Shown: in pieces, positions 27,001-37,189 of the stretch
Layout of the letters: each line of letters begins with the position of its first letter
Numbering within the stretch: position 1 is the stretch's first letter
Notes under the pieces: model-generated
The model's database searches: none
Seen by the model: the letters and a program-made list of their open reading frames with translations, nothing else
What the model was told of the DNA's origin: nothing
Position numbers and translations under genes: made by a program
DNA from: Epiperipatus broadwayi
Taxonomy: Eukaryota > Animalia > Onychophora
Reading direction: 5' to 3'
Assembly: GCA_028023455.1 (NCBI GenBank)
Contig: JAQFVV010000003.1
Coordinates: 22,444,001-22,508,000, forward strand
DNA: 64,000 nucleotides

Positions 27001-29165
27001 CCACTCAGTACAAGTCAGAGTAATCAATGGATAAAAAAACAGGCAAAACTCTCCATATAGTAGTGCCACTCAGAGTATTCAATGGATGCCAGAAGGCTTA
27101 TGCATAAAATCCCTATCTAGTGCCTACTCATCCAATATCCCCACACTAGTTTCTGGCTTGTGACCTTCACTGAGTAATCAATGGATGCAGGAAACCACAA
27201 GCTAAAAATTAGTCTGGGAATATAGGGTGAGTTTATGCACAAACCTTCCTGCATCCATTGATTATTCTGGCTTGCACTGAGTGGCGCTACTGTATGGAGA
27301 GTTTTGCCACTCTGAAAAACAAAAAAACATTAAAATTTGCAAATTTAATACATTTTATGATACTTTCCATTTATGAGCACTGCATATGTCCATGTTTATA
27401 AAATAAAATAAAAATTCATATAACATTACAATACAAGCCAAAAAAGCTGAACTCTATGATTTCATCCACTAAAAATATTTAATGTTTATAAAAATAAAAT
27501 TTATAAATAAATTATAAATAATGCTAGCTCTCATTTTTCCATCCTGAAGCATTGTAAATAATCATGTTCATTAATAAAATTTATTCGTTTTACATTGAAA
27601 GTACAATCATTTTATTCTTCCATTATTATCCTTTCAAATACTGACTTAAAAACATCAAGACAATTAGACAGATTATAATTTTTTGATAAAGAAACTAATA
27701 TGCTATATTTCTATAAGAGAAAGAAGTAATTGAATAAACAGAATATCAACCAAAGCATATTTAAATTCAATAAAAGTCAGAAATTTTGTTATTTACTTTA
27801 GTTAAAGAATAAAAATATGCTACATTAAGTTTTTTTTCTCCTTGTTTTTATTTTTCCAGAAAATAGATGAGCGAACACACACTCACTAAAATATATGTCA
27901 ATGTGTCCCCCCCTCTCAATTTATTATTAATAACTATTATTTTAAATTTTGTTTATACTATAATTTTAATTTGTAAATGCAAATTATACATATAAAACAG
28001 AATTTGTGTTACATATATGTGCGTATTGAAAAATGCTGAACACTTATATCTTAATAAACAGTACATATTTTACTCTAATCAGTTTATTAACAAAATATGA
28101 GTTGTTATGTACTAAGTATATAAGAGGGGCTTGGAACAAAATATAGCATATATTGCTTCTCCATTCTATAATTAATTTTGAATGAAAGTATTATTTAAAT
28201 AAAATTGTGGAAAATAATCAACGACTAATTGATCATTTCAATATTGTAAAAAACATACTTCATTAGGACTTGTGATATTAAAGTTATTAATATCATTTTC
28301 ATTTAAATTCATTTTATCATTATCTAATAACCCCAGTGAAACTATTTATAGAAATTTTTATTTGAATTTATATTACCATTTAAATATTTTTTTTTACTTC
28401 CTTTTAGAATTATCATTTTATTAATTTTGTTTGCTTAATATAAAATGTTTAATAAATAATTTCATTAAAAATCATTTTAATTATTTTACAGATTTATTAA
28501 AACAATTAAATGATTTATTACTCAGAAGTTCATAAGAAATTTGAGCAGTGAAAGAGACAGAATAGGACCACAATCCAAGGAAATTGAGTTCTAGAACATG
28601 CCAATTTGCCATTGCAACAACCATAAGCATAGACTTATTTATAAATACCACTACACAATTTTGACTCAATGTGTTCATTTGAACATCTGATATTATGTTG
28701 CCTTCCATCTTCCACATGCAAATATAAATTAGCATTCTTTTTGCAATACAAAATAATTCAACTTCTTTTACTTATTTATTTTTTAAAAATTTATACTGAA
28801 ATTTTATTACTAGTATTTCTTTTATTTACATTTACGAATAATATTTAAAATTTATACACCATATTACTTATTGAACAGCTGCTAGGAAGGAAGTTGAAAA
28901 GGCTACATCAAACATATTGTGATTTATGTTAAGAGAAATATAATTTAATTGAATGGATTATATTCTAATATAAGAAGTCTGATGTGACTTGCTAATACAG
29001 TAAAAATACATTAACTTGTCAGAATTTTGAAAAGGGAAGGAAGTTAAAAAAAGATTATTATTTTTGTCACGTTTTGAAGCAAACTGTGAAATAGTTTCTA
29101 CTTACAGATGGATGTAAAGTTATTTTCTTTGACAGTTTTTGAAGCACCGTTTGGCAAAAGTTAAT
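18037..29165 (-). CDS. Candidate short exons of an unidentified minus-strand gene (29106-29165, 21762-21801, 20351-20401, 18037-18080)
   Basis: Each has AG/GT sites and one open frame: INFCQTVLQKLSKKITLHPS; KRTFRYHLPLKDQ; GLSIINGISNSINDWLI joining in phase to GRNFHGYIVYSINS-stop. Phases between the upstream exons do not close, so exons are missing or some calls are spurious. Confidence 0.3.
19066..19102 (-). ncRNA. Highly degenerate hammerhead-like motif
   Basis: CCAGCA-CUGAAGA-GUUUCUCU-AAAA-CCGG-UA^UUUUGG, with palindromic ACCGGU helix III. GAAA is mutated and helix II is collapsed. Confidence 0.3.
23689..23760 (+). mobile_element. tRNA-Gly-like SINE, 5'-truncated copy
   Basis: GCTGCCTTACAAGCAGTTGTCCTGGGTTAGCGGATTCTCTTCCCGGCCAATGCAATCACACATG(A)8 is colinear with the 3' half of 62440-62515. 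Confidence 0.65.
24100..25400 (+). mobile_element. Decayed hAT transposase remnant
   Basis: AIELAYIYHIVKHNL (ORF 24138) and SNASNQNKRKKFPLVIEYF (ORF 24398) resemble the hAT motifs AYHTVKHN and DASN...FPLVVRYF. No TIRs found. Confidence 0.55.
25430..25645. repeat. ~215 bp palindrome; arms resemble the 3' tail of the PLE at 33570-37025
   Basis: Left arm TTGTATTTAT..TTTCCATCATCT..TTTATTTAAATTTTCCAATTACATTCA is inverted against right arm TGAATGTAATTGGAAAATTTAAATAAA..GATGATGGAAAT..ATAAATACAA. Compare 33590-33660 and 36950-37022. Confidence 0.7.
26977..27308. mobile_element. Family A composite: inverted termini enclosing nested partial copies and two partial hammerheads
   Basis: GGCAAAACTC.CATACAGTAGCGCCACTCAGT at 26977 is inverted at 27253-27308. 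There is an internal direct copy from 27041, and HHR fragments at ~27138-27170 (-) and ~27195-27220 (+). Confidence 0.8.
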
Positions 29166-29755
29166 CTTAAGAAATAAAAAAAAAATTTAATATTTTTTTT
29201 AAACCCAGTTATACTTTTCTAAAATATTAATGCATTGACTTCACTAAGAAATGTAATGTTTATGAATTTGTTTTTTATTAATTTGCTATTATAGCCTATT
29301 GAAAATTTATACTCACTTTAAAAAAACAAAACAGTTAAATTCACTTCATAAATAGTTTGATTGTGTAAAATAAATATTATTATATATATATATTAATAAT
29401 TAAATGATTCATAGTTTGGAAAGTCATGTGATCTTCAAGCATCAGATGAGACAGTTGAGGTATAATCTAGAAACTTTTAACCCTTGAGCCCTAACACTCA
29501 ATAAATTGCATAAAATATTATATATATCAGATTAGTATTAATAAGCTAAAAAAAAAAAAAACAGAAAATAGTTTGTAACACAAACATTAAATAGTCAATA
29601 AAAAATAAAAATTAGTCATATATCACATGACCCCCCCCCCCCTTTAAGCTTGTAAAATATAAACAAAGAGTTTTGTTAATTGCTCAACAAGTTTTGTGAT
29701 AAATGCCTAGCAAGAGAAAGCATTTAAAATATCTCTATTAGAAACCACACTCAAA

Positions 29756-29797
29756 CCCCTGACCAATGGTTTCATGCTTTGGCACTCCTCAGAGAGG
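29756..29797 (-). ncRNA. Type I hammerhead ribozyme, core intact
   Basis: CCUCU-CUGAGGA-GUGC(CAAA)GCAU-GAAA-CC(AUU)GG-UC^AGGGG. 5-bp helix I, with G-U closing helix II. Confidence 0.8.
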
Positions 29798-29851
29798 TGC
29801 TAGGATAGTTTCAAACATCCCTGATCAATCTTTTCTGAAACTACCCTAGTG

Positions 29852-29893
29852 CCTTTCTGAGGAGTGCCAAAGCACGAAACCATTGGTCAGGGA
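29852..29893 (+). ncRNA. Type I hammerhead ribozyme, core intact
   Basis: CCUUU-CUGAGGA-GUGC(CAAA)GCAC-GAAA-CC(AUU)GG-UC^AGGG. All conserved core nucleotides, the G10.1-C11.1 pair and a GUC site are present; predicted cleavage after 29888. Helix I has two G-U pairs. Confidence 0.85.
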
Positions 29894-30779
29894 TTTGGGT
29901 GTGGTTTCTAATAAAAATATTTTAAATGCTTTCTCTTGCTAAGCATTTATCAGAAAGCTTGTTAAGCAATTAGCAAAGCTCTTTGTTTAAACATTAAGTA
30001 TTTGTGCATTTGTGGTATATATACCTCACATGGAACGTTTTTTGCTGCAATGGTTAGCATTCACATTTCCAAGCTCATAACCTGAGCTTTGAATTCTGAA
30101 TATAACATAGAATTTTTGTTTTTTTTTAGATGATCAGTATACTAATGACTATCTAGTTATTTTTGTAGAGAATAATTTAATTAGCCTAATGGTTATCTAT
30201 CATGCTCTTCACTATTTTACTGTGAAAGAATTCCTAAGAAATATTTATAAAGCAATCGACTATTTAAAGCTTCATTTTTTCTTTTTTTATATTTTTTTGC
30301 TATCCAAACATATAACAAAGTTTGTTATTTTACACATTAATGAAATCTAAAAAAAAATCACTCATGTAATAATTAGCATACAAAAGATCACAAATTTTTA
30401 TTTATAAAACAGAGATTTTTATCTAAACTAAAAATATCAATGATTTTTTACCTAATTTCAAAACGTTTTGTTTAAATACATGTTTCATGATAAATGGTAA
30501 CATCATGCTTTGACATGCATTTCATTTAAGTTTCAAATGACTTAAGAATGATAGTTGAACATTAAAAGTATTAAAATACAGTTTCTTCTAAATAAAGTTT
30601 TTCTAAAAATATTTTTTAAAACAAAACAAAAGCAGTATATTTATCTACCAAGTAGTATATCAAACAAATTAAATTTAACTACAGGACTCAAATAAATAAT
30701 ATTTGTGTTTTAATGTATCAAATATAATGCAATAAATTTATTTAGTTGAACAAACCTTTCCTATCAACAGTTGTAAATT

Positions 30780-31910
30780 GATTTAGGAACCATTATCTCT
30801 TGAGTTCGCTATTCTTACACTGAGGTTTTTCTGGCTGCATTAGAGCAATTTTGTGCCATGAATTAATCCTACTAAAACTTTTTCTAGGTAATCATCTTTT
30901 TTTGTTGTTGCCATTTATGGATTTTCTTCCCAAGTTTGTTTAGTCCTTACATGGGACAAAATGCATCTACATCTTTTTGAGTCATAATATAGTTTTGCTT
31001 TGTTTAATATTTTTTTAAGTTTGGCAAGTATCTTTAAATCTTCTATCAAAAAAGGCTACCTATTAACCACATGATAGATTAAGAGCATTTACTTTGTATT
31101 CTTATTTGACAAAACTAATCTGGATTTAATAGAGATTTGGTTGGTTTGTCCTTTCGTGATGTTTTATTCAAGCTATCCTGGGCAATCATAATATTTAAAT
31201 TAGCAAAGTCTCTCAATAACAATAAGGCATTAATTAATAAAATAATATACAACTTTTTAATAGTCCAACCATCTCAAATGTTAAAAAATTTCAGTTTGAC
31301 GTGATTTGATATTTATTTCAGGTAGCATTATGTGCTGGAATTATTTCTTATATATCTTTTTAATTTGACATTTAAGAGTCATGTGTTGTTGTATTTAGGA
31401 TAGTTGCTAGACCTGCATATATGTTAAATAGAAACAACAATTAAGTTTAAGAGACTAGTTTTCATATAAGTAATTTTTATAGGCAAAGCTAAGAGAAAAT
31501 ATAGCTACTTAGAAATATTCTAAAAGCATAAGTAAATAATCTCCTAATAGATGCTTTAACCACAGAGCAGAAAATGTAATTGAAAAAACTAAAAATATTT
31601 TTTAAATCACTATATAACTTTGTGTGATATACTATAGTGGTAGAGAGGCATATTTTGTAACTCAAAATCCACGGGTTGTGGCCCAGTTTTGCCATTTCCA
31701 GAGCTCAAACTTTTTATGAATTCCCAATCAATAAAGTCCAAACAATAAACTTAGTAAAAAATATCATAAAAGTTTTTTGATTTCTTCATGGTAATACACA
31801 CCTAATAAATCCTTTGGCTGCTTATAGTGGGTTGTGCCAGTTTGACAACAAAATCTCTCTTTGGATAGTAATCATTATGAGATAACAAGAATAATAGTGA
31901 ACTGGTAGAA
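30780..31910 (-). mobile_element. Possible very old LINE RT remnant
   Basis: Broken coding-like sequence. AATCTATCATGTGGT...GGTAGC (~31055-31080, minus) resembles an eroded 'CGVPQGS' region. Confidence 0.2.
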
Positions 31911-32508
31911 GTAAATAAATAAGTAAATAAAATAAAATACCTTTCTTTATATGGATGCTCATTGGATAAAGCCATCTCTCTCCTTAGTATAAATAAATTG
32001 CATCATTTCTCATTATCAAAATTATTCCTTTAATTTTACTAAGTTGTTATTTTAGAAATAAGCCCCCCCCCCCAACTTACTTGCTAACTATTTATTTTAA
32101 TTTACATAAAATTTCATTTATATTTTGACATTTTTATTTGTGACCAATTTGAATTTTACTATAAATAAAATGTCCTTCAAATGTTCTTAATTCATATAAA
32201 AACTAATATTTTAGTTCTTTTACAAACTATTTGATAATTATTTAATATTTCACATTTTATTTTGATGTTAGAAAATAATTTTATTTTCTTTCTTTTCCAT
32301 TACTCGTCCCTTCCATAAATAACAATTAATTTTTCTACAAATCGGGAGACATTAAAAAGTAATTATTTTCTCCCTCCTCAATATTTTAAAATCATGGACA
32401 CAAATGTAAAACAATAATGTATAATCATGTTTTAATTCCTTATGATTATATTGCCAGCTCATATGCTTAATGCTTGTTTTGATTACAGATTTGAACAATA
32501 TCTACAAT

Positions 32509-32801
32509 ATAAAACAAGGCAAAACTCTCCATACAGTAGTGCCACCCTGTGCCAACCACAGTAATCAATGGATGCCAGAAGGCTTGTGCATAAAATCCCT
32601 ATCTAGTGCCTACTCATCCAATATCCCCAGACTAGTTTCTGGCTTGTGGCCTTCATCAGTGAGAAACCTTGGATCTGAGAGAACTGCACCTAGATCTTAG
32701 GATCTAAGATAGGGATTTTATGCACAAGCCTTCTGGCATCCATTGATTACTCTGGTTGGCACAGGGTGGCAATACTATATGAAGAGTTTTGCCTTGTTTT
32801 A
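32509..32801. mobile_element. Family A inverted dimer: full minus-strand unit with hammerhead plus an inverted copy of its 3' ~95 bp
   Basis: 32509-32604 pairs with 32708-32801. The spacer carries the HHR on the minus strand. Confidence 0.85.
32624..32665 (-). ncRNA. Minimal type I hammerhead ribozyme (family A)
   Basis: UUCUCA-CUGAUGA-A-GGC(CACAA)GCC-A-GAAA-C(UA)G-UC^UGGGGA. 6-bp helix I, palindromic ACUAGU helix III and a GUC site; the closing position of helix II is A-A. Confidence 0.75.
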
Positions 32802-32859
32802 TAACAATTATGTGCTAGTATAAGAGATAGTGATCATGTGATGTTTAATGGTTTAATAG

Positions 32860-33250
32860 CTACAATAGTCATGAAATCTATATGTCTTCAATATATATAT
32901 ATAATTTTTGGGTTAAACCATGTGATCGTTTCGACAAAGTAGCATCTCAAATAGTAACAAGATTGAGATTAAAGTAAAGAATGAGATTGAACATGAAGTA
33001 GTTGAGCAATCAGAATATGTGGATTAACAAATTGTTTATTTTCTTTCAGTTTCACCATTAATTGATTTCAAGTTTATATTAGAAGAGATAAAATAAGTGG
33101 TGTCCATAAGGCTGGAATATGTTGTACTTGGTCTTTTACTATTTTGATGAACTCCTTCCTTCATGGGTCTTATGTCATACTTTTCCAAATTAGCAAGTAT
33201 TTTTGCATTATCAAAATCAGATTTGTGACCAATTTCTAAAAAATATGAAT
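32860..33250 (-). mobile_element. Old PLE 3' remnant (GIY-YIG C-terminal region)
   Basis: Minus frame SYFLEIGHKSDFDNAKILANLEKY; weak HHR-like UUGAGAU...GUCGAAACGAUC at ~32915-32955. Confidence 0.5.
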
Positions 33251-33736
33251 AAGCATTTATTTTTATAGCATCTGTATTGTCACACCTTCTGTACCAGTAC
33301 TTCAGATTTGCTCATATATAAATATTTGAGTCGTAGGAATAAGAGGGATTCTTTTTATTCCTGCATAAATTCTATATCTTGTATTGGTCAGAGGGTATTC
33401 ATTTATTATCTAACACTCGCAAAGCGTTTGCACAATTGGCTTGAAAGGCCGATATTCGAATGTAAAAAATATGAAGTAAAAGCAGGTGTATTAATTTCTG
33501 ATTAAAAGCATTTTTATGTTCATTAATTCTAACATTAATTTGTTTATTAGACTGACCAACATAGTTTTTTAAATGTATTTATATATTGAACTATTTCCAT
33601 CATCTAATATGTGTGTTAAATGAAGTTTAAGTTTATTTAAATATTCAAAATACATTCAACTGTTAGTAATATCACAGCAAACAAGTTAGTATATACACCA
33701 ACTGTTAGTAATATCACAGCAAACAGCTTAATATAT

Positions 33737-33882
33737 GCACAATGTTTTGAGATATTATTCTGCCCTCTTCTTCAGGTGTTGCTTCCTGACAAGTGACAAT
33801 ACTAGCATGGGATTCGAACCTGGGTCACTAGATTCTTGATTATTTAATTTTAAGGTAATACTCTAACCAACAGCCATCCTGC
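33737..33882 (-). promoter_or_regulatory. tRNA-type Pol III promoter boxes immediately upstream of a hammerhead motif inside the PLE terminal repeat
   Basis: Minus strand: A-box-like GATGGCTGTTGGTTAGAG (~33862-33879) and a perfect B-box GGTTCGAATCC (33810-33820), then ~35 nt later CAC-CUGAAGAA-GAGG..UCUC-AAAA-CAUU^GUG. Confidence 0.65.
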
Positions 33883-36843
33883 AAAAGGCAACAGTATGTA
33901 GTAATTTCATATACTTATCTATGAGGTTCCTCCTGATTTCTCCACTTTTCCCTAAGAGCAAAATTGATCAATAGTTTTCATACATTCACACTAGGTTGGC
34001 TTATAAAGTTTTTTGCCATTGTCATGTGAGCAGATTTTCTTCTTTGTACTTTTTCTTCTCTATCCAATATTTTTGTATTTTCCCATTTCTCCACTTTTCA
34101 CTAAGAGCAAAGTTGATTAATAGTTTCCATACATTCACACTAGGTTGGCTTATAAAATTTTTTGCCATTGTCATGTGAGCAGCTTCTTTAAATTTTCTTC
34201 TTTGTACCTTTTCTTCTCTATCCAATATTTTTGTATTTCCCCAATTGAACATGTGTTCATGGTACATACATGGTCTGCTACCTTAGACACATCTGTTTTC
34301 TCTCTTCTAATCATCAGTTTATGTTCTTGCAAGCACTTTTCAATGGGATGGCAGGTCTCACCAATATATGTTCTTCCACATTCACATGGTATTTTACAGA
34401 TTCAGTTTTTCTTTTCAGCATTTCAGGTTTAGGCTATGTAAACGTTAGAATTACTCATAATGTGGTATGGCTCTAGAAAGCTGTTCTGATGTTATATTGA
34501 TTGCAGATTTTCCTTAAATTTGTCTATTTTTGGAATGTATGGCTACACTACACAGTACCAATAATTGTCTCTTCTCTCGATGGTTTTTTGTTGTTGTCTA
34601 TTTAAGGTTTTCTTAATAACAGCTGATGGATAACCATTTTTCATAAGATTTTGTTCTATATAGATCTTTTCTTTTTCCAAATTGCCAGTTTCTGAACAAA
34701 CTTCTTTTACTGTTCCACAGTGATAGTATAACTCCATGTTTTGTGTCTGGTGTGACTGGATATATAGGTTAGGTATTTTCCTGTATGTGTCAGTTTTTGA
34801 TAAACTGTAGTTTTGATTTTGCCATGAGGGAGTTTTTGTCACAAGAACATCTAAGAATGCCAATTTTTGTTCTTGTTCTCTTTGATTCTATTATGAATTT
34901 AATTGAAGGGGATATGTTGTTGATGGGTGTCCAAAAAGTTTGTAGCAATGCTTCACCATGTGGCTATAGAACAAATATATCATCCATATAGCAAAGCCAA
35001 ACTTTAGGAGGATATGGAGTAGTTTTTATGGCTGTGGTTTCAAGTGCTTCCATGTAAATATTGCTAATCAGGGGAGACAATGGTGAGCCCATAGCCATTC
35101 CTTGATTTGTTGGAAGAATTCTGTGTTATATTGAAAGTAGGTTGTTTTTATACAGAATTTTAATAGTTCCATCATACTATCAATAGAAAGAGCTGTTCTG
35201 GTTTGTGAACTATTAATCATCATTCAATCTTTTCCTTGCAATAGACAATGCTTCTTTGCATGGTACAATTGTGAATAAACTTTCAATATCAAAGCTTGCC
35301 AGTAAGTCAGTTCTTTCAATTTTCATGTTCTTGATTAATTCTATAAAGTATCTAGAATCCCTGACAAAAGACTGGGTCTTGTATGCCAAAGGGCTTAGAA
35401 CTTTGAGAAAAAAATCTTGCCAAATTCTGGCAAGGTGTATCTCTAAAACTAACAATAGGTCTTAATGGAAAATGATCCTTATGGATTTTATGTAGACCAT
35501 AAAGATGAAGAATTTTGCTGAAATATGATGTTATTTTACTCTTTTCTGAACCAGTGAAGTACTTCGATGCTTTCTGAGTAATGCTCGTAACTCTGTTTCC
35601 GTACTTGGTATCGGATCTTTTGCCACTTTTCTATATTAGCCTGCTGTGAGGAATTCTTGTATTTTGTTGTAGTAATCAGTTGCATCCATTACAACTGTTG
35701 CATTGCTTTTGTCAGCAGGATGAATAATTATAGATTTATCTGCTTTGAGAGATTGAATTGCTTTCCTCTCACCATAGGATATGTTTGACTTCAATTTTTG
35801 TTGCTTGTCAAGTGCTCTTTTTATTCTCCAGCATAATTCTGCTGCTTCTTCTAAAGGCAATTTTTGAGTGACTTCCTTAGTGGCTGCCATTATATCTAAT
35901 AAGGGGATATTAGACAGTGTTATGGTGAGGTTTAATCCTCTTTCAAGAACAGAAAATTTCAATTATATGTTAGATGCTTAGAACTTAGATTTTCAACAGA
36001 TGCTGTTACATTGCTTGGTACATTATGATTTTTTGATATGCCCATATAGGTTAGCAAGTTTCTTCTTTTGATATTCTTTTATTTTTCCATGTCATGTAGA
36101 ATATGATTTTCTTACTGCTTGATCTATATAGAACAAACACTTATGAAAAATGGTTATCCATCACCTGTTATTAAGAAAATGTTAAATAGACAACAAAAAG
36201 AACCATCAAGAGAAAAGACAATTATTGGTAGTGTAATGTACCCATACATTCCAAAAATAGCAGACAAATTAAGGAAAATCTGCAATCAGTATAATATCAG
36301 AATAGCTTTCCAGAACCATACCACCTATGAGGAATTCTAACATCTACAAAGCCTAAATTTGAAATGCTGAAAAGAAAAAAACTGCATCTATGAAATACCA
36401 TGTGAATGTGGAAGAACATATATTGGTGAGACCAGCCGTCCCATTGAAAAGTGCATGCAAGAACATAAACAGATAATTAGAAGAGAGAAAACAGGTGTAT
36501 AAGGTAGCAGATCATAATATGTACCAATGAACGTATGTCCAACTGGGAAAATACAAAACTATTGGATATAGAAGAAAAGGTGCAAAGAAGAAAATTTAAA
36601 GAAGTTGCTCACATGCCAATGGCAAAAAATCCCATAAGCCAACCTAGTGTAACTATACATAATGTATGAAAACCACTAACCAACTTTGCTTTTAGGAAAA
36701 AGTGGAGAGATCAGGAGGAACCTCATAGATAATATATGAAATTACTACATACTGTTGCCTTTGGCAGGATGATTATTGGTTAGAGCATTATCTTAAAATT
36801 CAATAATCAAGAATTCCATGCTAATACTGTCACTGGTCAGGCC

Positions 36844-36895
36844 AGCAACATCTGAAGAAGAGGGGAGAATAATACCTCTTGAAACGTTGCTGTGA
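36844..36895 (+). ncRNA. Degenerate hammerhead motif in the inverted PLE terminal repeat
   Basis: CAGCAACAU-CUGAAGA-AGAGG(GGAGAAUAAUA)CCUCU-U-GAAA-CGUU^GCUG, with palindromic AACGUU. Confidence 0.6.
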
Positions 36896-37189
36896 TTCTA
36901 ACTAACACTTGGTGCATATACTAACCTGTTTGCTGTGATATTAATAACACTTGAATGTATTTGGAATAGACATTCAACACACATATTAGATGATGAAAAT
37001 AGTCTAATATAAAAATACAACTAGAACACCATCATCACAAACCTTCAAAAAAACAATAGCTTTTTAATCACTGTAAGCATGGAATTTCATAACCCCCCTG
37101 GTGTTACTCTGTCATTAGGTTTATGGGAAAAAAATCACCAATTTCTTTTGCTAGCGGAAAATGTATTCTTTATATTCAAATTAGAAAGA

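Larger units (their letters stand above)
29659..29990. mobile_element. ~330 bp palindromic element carrying two opposed hammerhead ribozymes (family C)
   Basis: Arms of ~150 bp are inverted about a short spacer (~29815-29835), and each arm contains a complete HHR. Confidence 0.85.
33570..37025 (-). mobile_element. Penelope-like element (minus-strand ORF ~36100 to 34000) with an inverted copy of its 3' half at 36110-37025
   Basis: Minus: ERGLNL..HPADKSNATVV (35636-35962), SFDIESLFTIVP (35213-35455), AFLDVLVT (34543-34863), HEHMFNWGNTKILD..RRKFKEA (34022-34267). Plus: YPYIPKIADKL and CIYEIPCECGRTYIGET (36119-36440). The terminal regions are inverted repeats. Confidence 0.92.

Noticed and set aside
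600-31900. Several exon-like frames interrupted by single TAA/TAG codons, raising the idea of an alternative genetic code
   Set aside because: The same region is full of decayed TEs with stops of all three types and frameshifts; mutational decay explains it more simply.
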